From positions 1 to 34,768 of the IMG/VR virus record IMGVR_UViG_3300030372_001217: a stretch of 34,768 nt of DNA; one strand, written 5' to 3'. Below, in pieces: positions 18,566 to 27,227 of the stretch. The position numbers and the translations under genes were made by a program. The stretch is from a virus. Its lineage: Duplodnaviria > Caudoviricetes. Below the pieces are notes generated by a model, which made no database searches, had not been told where the DNA came from, and saw nothing but the letters and a program-made list of their open reading frames with translations. Each line of letters starts with the position of its first letter. Positions within the stretch are counted from its first letter, which is position 1.

Positions 18566-21500
18566 ATGGCAGTTACAACTAAAAAGACTTTCCCTGCCAC
18601 TTCTAATGCAACTACAACTGTATTTAGTCCTGTCGGGATACAATTGAATAACCAAGATGATCTAGATGTTTATGTCACATTGTCGGGTGGTACTAGAGTG
18701 TTACAGTTACGCCAGTCTACTGGTAGCACTGCACAATCTAGTCACCCACAGGTGCAGAACACAGACGGATTATACTTCCCTCCAATGTTATCAGGAGGTA
18801 CAACTTTATACAACTACACACTATCCAGCGATAACAATACAATTACATTTAACTCTGCACTACCGCAAGGTGCAGTAGTATTTTGTGAACGTAGAACAAG
18901 AGATGCCTCTGGAACATATACTACTTTTGCTAGTGGAAGCACCATAAGAGCCACAGATCTAAACAACTCAGCAACTGAATCTAATTTTACAGCACAAGAG
19001 GCTAGGAATAAAGCATTAACTATAGAAGGAGTATTGTTTAACGGGGATCAACCTAGTAGAAACTTTGTAACATCATCACATATTGTAGATGGTACAATTG
19101 CTACAGATGATTTAGCTAATAACTCTGTAACCACAGACAAAATAGCTGATGGAGCCGTGACAACTGCTAAAGTTGCAAATAATGCTATAACAACTGCTAA
19201 AATAGCAGATGGGTCAATTACAGGTGCAAAATTTGGATCTAATACAGTCACATCAAATGCTATAGCTAATAGCAACATTACAACTGACAAACTAGCTAAC
19301 GATTCGGTTACAACACCAAAGATTGTTAACAATGCCGTTACAACAGCTAAACTTGCTGATACTGCCGTTACAACAGCTAAGATAGCAAGTGATGCAATTA
19401 CAGAGATTAAAATAGCTGATGATGCTGTTACAAATGCACAGATTGCAGACGATGCTGTTAGAACAGCTCATATACAAGATAATCAAGTCACATCTGCAAA
19501 AATAGCTGACGCTAATATAACAGCAGCTAAGATAGCAAGCAATGCTGTTACAACTGACAAAATCCAGGATGGAGAACTTACAACACTAGCTGGCATGCAA
19601 TCTGGCACAGCCTCAGTTCTAGCTGATAGCACAGCTCTTACAGCTTCTACGGCAGAGCTAAACCAGCTTGACGGTATAACACTAGAAACTTCTGTTACTG
19701 GAAACAGCGATACACGCATACCTACATCAAAGGCAGTAAACGATCTTGTATTGTCTGTAACAAACGCCCTTGGCGGTTTTGTAGCAATAGCAAACGAGAC
19801 TAGCTTTCCTACATCTAACCCTGATCCTAGCGGTAATCCAGGTACAGTTGTGTCTATATCACAGCTTGCAAGCGGTCTTGCAGTCAACGGTAGCGGTGTA
19901 GCAACAATATCTAATGGTGCTGGAACTGGTAATACAGTAACCATAACTGGTTTTCCAACTAACTTACAAAGTCAGACATTACCAGCTGCTAGTGGTTTAC
20001 AGGTTCAAACAACCTCAACACTGCATACTTACACATTTCATAAACAATTAGCTAGTGCAGCTGACATACAAGCTATTAGTGCTACGGTCAACTCATTTTC
20101 TAACAGATATAGAGTATCAGCCTCTGCACCTACATCTTCATTAGATGGCGGTGACTTATGGTTTGACACTACTAATAACAAGTTAATGGTGTACAACTCT
20201 ACTACGACAGCGTGGGAAGAGGTGACATCTACTGGTAACTTCTTTATAAACACCTTATCTAGCACTGGATCTGGTAGTGATAACCCCCCAGGTGGTAGTG
20301 CAACATTTAACGGCACAGCTCAAAAATTTGCTTTATCTAACCCTCCTCAGTTCGCAGCTCAACTCCTCGTCAGTCTTAACGGAGTCATTCAGAAACCTAA
20401 TTCTGGAACCTCAGTTCCAAGTGAAGGATTTGCTGTCAGTGGTACTAACATTATATTTAGTTCCGCTCCTCCTACTGGTGCTGATTTTTTCATCATTACC
20501 ATCGGATCATCCGTAGGTATAGGTGTACCAAGTAACAACACAGTTACAACAGCAATACTACAGAACGGATCAGTTACAACTGCAAAGATTGTAGATGCAA
20601 ACGTAACTACAGCTAAGATTGCAGACGATGCTGTTACAGCAGATAAGATTGCAAACTCTATTAACTCAGCGATTGCAGCTAACACAGCTAAGACAACTAA
20701 TGCTACTCACACAGGAGACGTTACAGGTTCTACAAGCTTAACACTTGCGGCTTCTGGTGTAAGTGCTGGTAGTTATGGTTCGTCAACTTCTATTCCAAGT
20801 ATTACTGTAGACGCTAAAGGTAGAATCACAGCAGCATCTGGTAACACTGTTAACACAGATCTAGTCGGTGACAGTTCCCCGCAGCTAGGCGGTGACTTAC
20901 AAAGCAATGGTAATAATATTAAATTTGCTGATAATGACAAAGCATTTTTTGGAAATAGTAATGATTTAACAATAGAACATAACAGTAGTGGTAACGGAAT
21001 TATTGCTAATAGTACAGGTCAATTAAGAATTCAAGGTGATCTTGTTAGGTTGATGAACTCCGCAGGGAGTAAGGTTTCTCTTGAAGCTAATGTTGATGGG
21101 AACGTAGAGCTATATTATGACAACAGTAAGAAGTTTGAGACAACAAGTTCGGGAGCTACTGTAACAGGTAATTTAGTTAGTTATGATCTTCTTCCTGATA
21201 CTGCTAATTATAGAAATGTAGGAGTAAGCAATAATAAGTGGAATAATGTTCATGCAAATACTCTTCATGGGGATGGCTCAAACATTACAAACGTAAATGC
21301 AACGTCTCTTAGTGGTTTATCTTCTGGTGTTTTTTTAAGATCAAATGCTAATGATACCTGTTCTGGAAGAATTATATTTGATTATAATTCTCAAAATAAC
21401 TATGACAACATAGCAACTAGCACAGGATCATTAGGTGGTTTTGAAGTATATAACTCAGGTGCTGGTAATGATGCGTTTATGTCATTCCATACTGGTGGTG

Positions 21501-21823
21501 ATTTTGCTTGTTACTTTGGATTAAATGCAGATACTAACAAACTGGCGGTTGGCGGTTGGTCAATGGGTGCTAGTAAGTATGATATTGCACATGAAGGTTC
21601 AAGTTATATTCCTGTATCAAACAATGCCTTTGATTTAGGTTCATCATCAAACCGTTGGAGAAACGTCTACACCAATGACCTTAACTTATCTAACAAAGGT
21701 TCATCTAACGATGTCGATGGTACTTGGGGTGACTGGACAATACAGGAAGGAGAATCAGACTTGTTTTTAAAAAATAACCGTTCTGGTAAGAAGTACAAAT
21801 TTAATTTAACGGAGGTATCATAA
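18566..21823 (+). CDS. Tail fibre protein 1 (T7 gp17-like N-terminus)
   Basis: ERRT...FASGSTIRATDLN adaptor motif; VTTAKIAD repeats; cyanophage-type C-terminus DLGSSSNRWRNVYTNDL...WTIQEGESDLFL. Confidence 0.9.
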   Translation: MAVTTKKTFPATSNATTTVFSPVGIQLNNQDDLDVYVTLSGGTRVLQLRQSTGSTAQSSHPQVQNTDGLYFPPMLSGGTTLYNYTLSSDNNTITFNSALPQGAVVFCERRTRDASGTYTTFASGSTIRATDLNNSATESNFTAQEARNKALTIEGVLFNGDQPSRNFVTSSHIVDGTIATDDLANNSVTTDKIADGAVTTAKVANNAITTAKIADGSITGAKFGSNTVTSNAIANSNITTDKLANDSVTTPKIVNNAVTTAKLADTAVTTAKIASDAITEIKIADDAVTNAQIADDAVRTAHIQDNQVTSAKIADANITAAKIASNAVTTDKIQDGELTTLAGMQSGTASVLADSTALTASTAELNQLDGITLETSVTGNSDTRIPTSKAVNDLVLSVTNALGGFVAIANETSFPTSNPDPSGNPGTVVSISQLASGLAVNGSGVATISNGAGTGNTVTITGFPTNLQSQTLPAASGLQVQTTSTLHTYTFHKQLASAADIQAISATVNSFSNRYRVSASAPTSSLDGGDLWFDTTNNKLMVYNSTTTAWEEVTSTGNFFINTLSSTGSGSDNPPGGSATFNGTAQKFALSNPPQFAAQLLVSLNGVIQKPNSGTSVPSEGFAVSGTNIIFSSAPPTGADFFIITIGSSVGIGVPSNNTVTTAILQNGSVTTAKIVDANVTTAKIADDAVTADKIANSINSAIAANTAKTTNATHTGDVTGSTSLTLAASGVSAGSYGSSTSIPSITVDAKGRITAASGNTVNTDLVGDSSPQLGGDLQSNGNNIKFADNDKAFFGNSNDLTIEHNSSGNGIIANSTGQLRIQGDLVRLMNSAGSKVSLEANVDGNVELYYDNSKKFETTSSGATVTGNLVSYDLLPDTANYRNVGVSNNKWNNVHANTLHGDGSNITNVNATSLSGLSSGVFLRSNANDTCSGRIIFDYNSQNNYDNIATSTGSLGGFEVYNSGAGNDAFMSFHTGGDFACYFGLNADTNKLAVGGWSMGASKYDIAHEGSSYIPVSNNAFDLGSSSNRWRNVYTNDLNLSNKGSSNDVDGTWGDWTIQEGESDLFLKNNRSGKKYKFNLTEVS
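19067..19573 (+). repeat. Degenerate 30-nt (10-aa) tandem repeats, about (N/D)AVTTAKIAD, in fibre 1; a shorter block lies near 20537-20650
   Basis: Visible in the translation and as recurring ACAACTGCTAA/ACAACAGCTAA-like DNA words. Confidence 0.85.
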
Positions 21824-22311
21824 TGGCTATTTATTTTTCCGATGAAGCTCAAGTAAGAGCAGCACACCTTGTTAATGTTACTGAAAAAACAGATGCAACT
21901 AGAAGAGTGCTATCAAATAATAGTGGATCTCAAGTTTCTGATCTTTGGGATATGGGTACTATTAATAAAAAAGAATCTGGAAGTATTATTGTTTGCACAG
22001 GAACATTAATTGCAACATCTCCTAATAATTCTGGTCATGTAATGCCCCATTTTACACTACATAACAGTAGATATAGAGGTGGTTGGTGGTATAACTATGC
22101 TCAAGGACATAGTTACGCTTGTGCTGTACCTATCGGCTGGTCAGTAACAGGAGAAACAGCTACAGGAAATATTGCTGTCAAACTTGAATGGGGTGCTGGC
22201 GGTGGAGGAGGTGAAAAGCCTTTTGGTATTGTCAACGCTAACCAAAATGATGACGGTAGAATGACAGGTGGTGTTTATAGCCGTGCAGTATTTTGGGAGG
22301 TTTTATTATGA
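21823..22311 (+). CDS. Fibre-associated protein, possibly a receptor-binding tip, 162 aa
   Basis: GGAGG RBS, coupled to fibre 1; Gly- and aromatic-rich with likely beta structure. Confidence 0.55.
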   Translation: MAIYFSDEAQVRAAHLVNVTEKTDATRRVLSNNSGSQVSDLWDMGTINKKESGSIIVCTGTLIATSPNNSGHVMPHFTLHNSRYRGGWWYNYAQGHSYACAVPIGWSVTGETATGNIAVKLEWGAGGGGGEKPFGIVNANQNDDGRMTGGVYSRAVFWEVLL

Positions 22312-22595
22312 GTAGATTTACAGATGCATGTGAAAACCTTGCTGGTGGTGCATGGTTTGAAATAATTGGTGATGATAAATATGAAAACATTACATGGACA
22401 GGTTCTAAAAAGCCTACAAAAACAGAAGTAGAAACAGAAGTTGCAAGATTAGCAACATTACAATATCAAATAGATAGAAAAGAAAAGTATCCCGATTGGG
22501 GTACACAACTCGACTACATATACCACAACGGTATAGACAAGTGGAAAACAGACATAGTCGATCCTGTTAAGAAAAAGTATCCTAAACCAGAATGA
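22308..22595 (+). CDS. Putative tail-fibre assembly/chaperone-type protein
   Basis: GGAGG RBS before ATG 22308; YQIDRKEKYPDWGTQLD...VKKKYPKP pattern common after marine phage fibre genes. Confidence 0.6.
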   Translation: MSRFTDACENLAGGAWFEIIGDDKYENITWTGSKKPTKTEVETEVARLATLQYQIDRKEKYPDWGTQLDYIYHNGIDKWKTDIVDPVKKKYPKPE

Positions 22596-24610
22596 GTTTA
22601 ACACAAATAAATAAGGCTGGTCTAGATGAAATAGCTCTGGATCATGTCTTTACAATAGGTGCTAGCGGTACAAACCACTACACTTTTCAAGGAGAGGGGC
22701 TTAACGGAACAGTTAACGACCCCACCCTTTACCTAACAAGAGGTCAAACATATAGGTTTGAGAACGGAACAGGTGCTCATCCTATAAGAATACAAAGTAC
22801 ATCTGGATCAAGCGGTACTGCATACAATACTGGCGTTACAAACAACGCTGGTAGCGGCACAGTCATAGTTGAAGTACAACATGACGCTCCTGATGTTTTG
22901 TATTATCAATGCACCAGCCACCCTGCTATGAACGGTGTACTTTACATTACTGGTGCACTAGCAGACGGTGGTGTAACTACAGATAAACTTGCTAATAACT
23001 CAGTAACTTCAGCAAAAATTGTTGACGCTAGTATTTTACAAAATGATATATCTGATAATGCAATTAGCACAGCTAAATTACAAAATGATGCAGTAACTTC
23101 AGCTAAAATAGCTGATGATGCTGTTACAGATGCACAAATAGCAGATGGTGCAGTTACTACAACAAGAATTGCTGATGATGCTGTTGATAGTACGAAACTT
23201 TCTGCGGGAGCAGTCGATCAAACTGCAATATCTAACAATGCTGTTACAACAAATAAAATTGCTACAAACGCAGTCACTACAACAAAAATTGCAGCAGATA
23301 ATATAGTTAACTCTTTAATTGCTGACAACGCAGTTGAAAATGCAAACATAGCTAATAGTGCTATAACAACAGCTAAGATTGCTACTGGTGCAGTTACAGG
23401 TGTAAAGATAGCAGCAGAAATTGATAATAGCCACATTACAGCAACAGCAAACATAGCTGGTTCAAAATTAGCTGATGGAAGCATTACACAAGCAAAATTA
23501 AGCGTTCCTGTCGCTAATGAAAACATGGTCATAAATGGCTCAATGATTGTTAGTCAAAGGGGAACTGTTACTGGTATTACTAATAATGCAAGTGCTTATG
23601 GTGGCCCAGATAGGTTTAAAGTAACTGTTGTAAATCATGGTACATATACTGCAAGTCAAGAAAATGATGCACCATATGGTTTTGCAAAATCCTTAAAAGT
23701 TGATAATACTTCTCAAGCTAGTAGCCCTGCAAGTAACGCAAGATTATATGTACAACATAAAATAGAAAAACAAAATTTAGTACATTTAAAAAAAGGAACT
23801 TCGGATGCTTTGCAAGTAACCGTACAATTCTGGGTTAAGAGTAATAAAACAGGAACTTATGTTTTTGAGTTATGGGATAATGTAAATAACAGACACGTTT
23901 CAGCTAATTATACAATTAGTTCAAGTGCTACATGGGAAAAGAAAACTATTACTTTACCTGCGGATACAGGTGGAAATGCTTATGATGGTAGTAATCCTAC
24001 TGGTAGTGGATTTGATTTAAACTGGTGGTTAGCTGCTGGAAGTAGTTTTACTTCTGGATCTTTAGCAACTACATGGACAGGAAATAGTGATACGCAAAGA
24101 GTAGTTGGTATTACAGCTAATGTAGGAAATTCAGGTTATTGGCAACTTACAGGAGTTAAATTTGAAGTAGGCAGCGTGGCAACCCCATTTGTTTTCAGAA
24201 CACAAGCTGAGGAACTTCAGCTCTGCAAACGTTATTTTAATAATTTTGGAGCTACTACTGCAACTGGAGGTTCTGCTACTTATATGTTAATACAGGGTGG
24301 CTATGCAAGATTTGGAGGTGCTAACTCTATTGCTCTACAGAGAATTTTTTATGATGTAGAAATGAGAACTACCCCAACTATTAAATATGGTAGAAATACA
24401 GATAATGATGATTTTGCTGTTATGAGATGGTCATCAGCTGGTTCAAATCCTGTTGTATATCTTGGTAGTACAGAAGGTTCTAACAGATGTGGATTTCAAA
24501 TTACAAGATATAATGCAGGGTCAGGGAGTAATCCTGTAACAGAAACATATAATGATGGCGATTCTTACACTCATTCAGTAAACAAATTTAGAGCAGATGC
24601 GGAGCTTTAA
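22592..24610 (+). CDS. Tail fibre/structural protein 2 (cupredoxin-like N-domain, repeat shaft, beta-sandwich C-domain)
   Basis: LYYQCTSHPAM motif; VTTxKIAD repeats; NMVINGSMIVSQRG...DRF...GVKFEVGSVATPF...EELQLCKRYF module typical of marine phage fibres. Confidence 0.75.
   Translation: MSLTQINKAGLDEIALDHVFTIGASGTNHYTFQGEGLNGTVNDPTLYLTRGQTYRFENGTGAHPIRIQSTSGSSGTAYNTGVTNNAGSGTVIVEVQHDAPDVLYYQCTSHPAMNGVLYITGALADGGVTTDKLANNSVTSAKIVDASILQNDISDNAISTAKLQNDAVTSAKIADDAVTDAQIADGAVTTTRIADDAVDSTKLSAGAVDQTAISNNAVTTNKIATNAVTTTKIAADNIVNSLIADNAVENANIANSAITTAKIATGAVTGVKIAAEIDNSHITATANIAGSKLADGSITQAKLSVPVANENMVINGSMIVSQRGTVTGITNNASAYGGPDRFKVTVVNHGTYTASQENDAPYGFAKSLKVDNTSQASSPASNARLYVQHKIEKQNLVHLKKGTSDALQVTVQFWVKSNKTGTYVFELWDNVNNRHVSANYTISSSATWEKKTITLPADTGGNAYDGSNPTGSGFDLNWWLAAGSSFTSGSLATTWTGNSDTQRVVGITANVGNSGYWQLTGVKFEVGSVATPFVFRTQAEELQLCKRYFNNFGATTATGGSATYMLIQGGYARFGGANSIALQRIFYDVEMRTTPTIKYGRNTDNDDFAVMRWSSAGSNPVVYLGSTEGSNRCGFQITRYNAGSGSNPVTETYNDGDSYTHSVNKFRADAEL
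22966..23500 (+). repeat. Degenerate 10-aa tandem repeats in fibre 2, same family as in fibre 1
   Basis: GVTTDKLANN, SVTSAKIVDA, AVTSAKIADD, AVTTTRIADD and similar units. Confidence 0.85.
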
Positions 24611-24612
24611 CT

Positions 24613-24771
24613 ATGGCTAGATATAAACTTTTAAAAAACTCAACAGGAATATGGGGTGTATATGATAAGGAAGATGGAGGACAAATTCCATTTGATGAAG
24701 GAAATAGGCATTACCAAGAGTACCTTGAGTGGAAAGCTATAGACGGTAACGAACCCGAAGCTGCTGATTAA
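24613..24771 (+). CDS. Small fibre-associated protein, 52 aa (...IPFDEGNRHYQEYLEW...)
   Basis: Translated by hand; GGAG RBS; IPxDxxNxxYQxYLxW motif typically follows this fibre type; TAATG overlap. Confidence 0.75.
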   Translation: MARYKLLKNSTGIWGVYDKEDGGQIPFDEGNRHYQEYLEWKAIDGNEPEAAD

Positions 24772-25151
24772 TGGAAATACCCACCATAGTAGTTCCACCA
24801 GTAAAAACTATAGACACTATATCCATACCTTTACCAACAGCCGATGTTCCAAATTACATCCCGCTGGTTGTACCTCCGAGCGATCTTCGTGAACCAGAGG
24901 GTACGCAACCAGCTACCACAGAAAAAACAGAACAACCAGATCCACCGAGCATAAACATTCCAATTATTAATTTTAATGTACCACTGCCTACTGCAGACAC
25001 GGTGGTAGTTGCTGGTTATGCAGCTGTTTCAGCTGTTGCGGTAACTACCTTTGCTCAACCATTTTTTGACACTATAAAGAAAAAACTACAAAAGTTATTA
25101 TTAGGTAGAATAGAAAAATGGAAGAAAAGAAAGACAAAAAACAAGGTTTGA
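24771..25151 (+). CDS. Hypothetical protein, Pro-rich N-terminus and one hydrophobic segment
   Basis: ORF track; coupled start; VVVAGYAAVSAVAVTTFA segment followed by a basic tail. Confidence 0.7.
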   Translation: MEIPTIVVPPVKTIDTISIPLPTADVPNYIPLVVPPSDLREPEGTQPATTEKTEQPDPPSINIPIINFNVPLPTADTVVVAGYAAVSAVAVTTFAQPFFDTIKKKLQKLLLGRIEKWKKRKTKNKV

Positions 25152-25414
25152 TGTCAGCGTGTGATACTCACGAAGAACGTATGGAAATAGTTAGTACACT
25201 TGTACGTTTAACTGTTGTAGTTTGGAGTGGATTTATAATTACTTTAAATTATGTAGAAATACCAATGCTTAAAAAATCTTCTAATGCTGCAGATATAACT
25301 TTTGTAGCTTCAATTTTTGCGGGCGGTATTGCCAGTTTTGGTTTGTCTACATCTAACGGAAAGAAAGATACAAAAGGTGTAAAATGTTCTGAATGTCAAA
25401 AAGTAATTAAATGA
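25118..25414 (+). CDS. Two-TM membrane protein, holin candidate
   Basis: Two hydrophobic segments, charged termini, position after fibre genes; function inferred only. Confidence 0.5.
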   Translation: MEEKKDKKQGLMSACDTHEERMEIVSTLVRLTVVVWSGFIITLNYVEIPMLKKSSNAADITFVASIFAGGIASFGLSTSNGKKDTKGVKCSECQKVIK

Positions 25415-25764
25415 AAAAATTATTAACTGTATTACTGTTGCTACCTGCGGGTGCGTATGCTAATACCGTCACGCCCCAGTTTACGACAGGTAGTATGAAC
25501 TCAACAACTACAACCACACAAACTATAACTGAAGTGGAACAGCGTCAAGTGTTTGGGGCTGAAGTAAAGACCTGGAATGGCTCTAATGTAACACCATCTG
25601 CTGATATAAGTGGTGCTGGGACTACATTTACCATAACAGATACAACTTTACCTTGGACACTAGAAACCACATCAAGACCTGCTGGATTAGTAGAACAATG
25701 GGATACCACAACAAACTATACAATAAACTCTACTACTACCTCGCTCTCTGTATTCTCTCAGTAA
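25411..25764 (+). CDS. Exported Thr-rich hypothetical protein
   Basis: Sec-type signal peptide MKKLLTVLLLLPAGAYA. Confidence 0.7.
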   Translation: MKKLLTVLLLLPAGAYANTVTPQFTTGSMNSTTTTTQTITEVEQRQVFGAEVKTWNGSNVTPSADISGAGTTFTITDTTLPWTLETTSRPAGLVEQWDTTTNYTINSTTTSLSVFSQ

Positions 25765-26264
25765 CACCTGCATACGCAGAAGGGGATACAAATAATTCAT
25801 CAAACCCTGTGGCAGCAGCTACGGGAAATGTTACAAATCAGGCAGTGCAATTTCAAAACAATGGAGCACCGTCTAGACAAGCTTACGGTTCTAACATATC
25901 ATGTAATGGTTCTACAATGACCTTTAGCCCATTTTATATGGGTAATGATACATCACCTTACGACCCAGAGGGGTACGTAATTAGTGAAAACTGGGGCTTT
26001 CAAATAAACTTTTCAGTGCCACTTAACAAAGATTTGACTGAACAATGTCAAAGAATAGCTAAAAGGCAAGAAGAAAAAATGCAATTAGATTTTGAGCTCG
26101 TACGTGCACTTAAATGTGCAGAGTTACAACAAAAGGGTTTTACTATACGCCCTAATACACGTGTTTATCACTTGTGTCAAGATATAGTACCAATACAATC
26201 ATTATTACCAAAAAAAGATGTTAGCACTACTAAAACCAATCGTTTTAACTTTCTTAAAAAGTGA
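25698..26264 (+). CDS. Exported Cys-containing hypothetical protein (start uncertain)
   Basis: Signal-like YLALCILSVTPAYA|E; several Cys residues; frame is open from 25653. Confidence 0.65.
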   Translation: MGYHNKLYNKLYYYLALCILSVTPAYAEGDTNNSSNPVAAATGNVTNQAVQFQNNGAPSRQAYGSNISCNGSTMTFSPFYMGNDTSPYDPEGYVISENWGFQINFSVPLNKDLTEQCQRIAKRQEEKMQLDFELVRALKCAELQQKGFTIRPNTRVYHLCQDIVPIQSLLPKKDVSTTKTNRFNFLKK

Positions 26265-26388
26265 AAAATTTAAAATATTTGTAGTTGATCTACTTGAAAA
26301 ATTATCTAAAGAAAGTGACAACGAACTGGACGACAAAGCTGTTGAATTTATAAGAAATGGATTATTTCCAGCAAAACCTTTAGATTAA
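26218..26388 (+). CDS. Small hypothetical protein, 56 aa (MLALLKPIVLTFLKS...DNELDDKAVEFI...)
   Basis: Translated by hand; LLKP...DNxLDD pattern recalled from cyanopodoviruses; fills the gap before terS. Confidence 0.7.
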   Translation: MLALLKPIVLTFLKSEKFKIFVVDLLEKLSKESDNELDDKAVEFIRNGLFPAKPLD

Positions 26389-26389
26389 T

Positions 26390-26632
26390 ATGGATAAACC
26401 ACAAAGAGCTGGTGAGTCGCAGTTTAATCACTTACACCATTTAGTAACTACTGAATTAATTGCAAGAGTACAAAGTGGTGAGGCAACAACTGCAGATCTT
26501 AAAGTAGCTGCTGATTGGTTATACAAAAACGACATTACAGGGGTTGCGTTTGATACGTCACCTCTTAGTAAGTTAGCTAGTATTATGCCACAAGTTGATT
26601 TTGACTCAGTACAAAGATCAGTAACAAAATAA
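26390..26632 (+). CDS. terS: Terminase small subunit (T7 gp18-like)
   Basis: FNHLHHLVT.ELIARV.SGEATTADLKVAADWL..NDITG; size and position. Confidence 0.8.
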   Translation: MDKPQRAGESQFNHLHHLVTTELIARVQSGEATTADLKVAADWLYKNDITGVAFDTSPLSKLASIMPQVDFDSVQRSVTK

Positions 26633-26901
26633 TGGCTCCTAAGAAAAAACCTTTTTCACAATTACGTAAAAGTGCAAAAGCATACCGACTTAGCCCAGAA
26701 TCAAGGGCGAAAAAAAACGCAGCTCAACGCAAGCGAAACAAAACCACGGAAAACAAAAAATATAGAGCCGAACTTAACCGTGCCAGGAGGAAGGCTGGGC
26801 AATACGGTAAGGGGGGAAAGGATTTTTCACACACTAAATCTGGCAGAATAGTCAGAGAAAATCCTACAACTAACAGAGCAAGAAATCGTGGTAGAAAATG
26901 A
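26632..26901 (+). CDS. Highly basic hypothetical protein
   Basis: Lys/Arg-rich; GKDFSH...NRARN tail loosely resembles a degenerate HNH-like motif. Confidence 0.7.
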   Translation: MAPKKKPFSQLRKSAKAYRLSPESRAKKNAAQRKRNKTTENKKYRAELNRARRKAGQYGKGGKDFSHTKSGRIVRENPTTNRARNRGRK

Positions 26902-27227
26902 TACCAGTACTTCCAACTTATAAAGATTACAATTACAACTTAATAGTCATGACATCAACAGATGCTAAAAAACTCTGGAGAAAAGCTATTAAGGAGGCAA
27001 ACAACTATGAATGTATTTATTGTGGAGAAAGACATCATGAATTTGATCTTACCATTGACCATGTACGCCCCAGATGTAATGGGGGTGGTCATATGTCTAA
27101 CAACTGCGTTCCAGCGTGTCAAAGATGTAATCAATCGAAAGGAAGTAATAATTGGTTGACGTGGTTTCGTACTACGTTTCCACCTAACCCTTTTAGGGAA
27201 CAACTAATAACAAATTGGATTAAATGA
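26898..27227 (+). CDS. HNH endonuclease
   Basis: CIYCG...LTIDHVRPRCNGG...NCVPACQRCNQSKG. Confidence 0.9.
   Translation: MIPVLPTYKDYNYNLIVMTSTDAKKLWRKAIKEANNYECIYCGERHHEFDLTIDHVRPRCNGGGHMSNNCVPACQRCNQSKGSNNWLTWFRTTFPPNPFREQLITNWIK

Noticed and set aside
19067-23500. CRISPR array or DGR template/variable repeats
   Set aside because: Repeats are in-frame degenerate coding units without spacers; no reverse transcriptase or adenine-specific repeat pair was seen.
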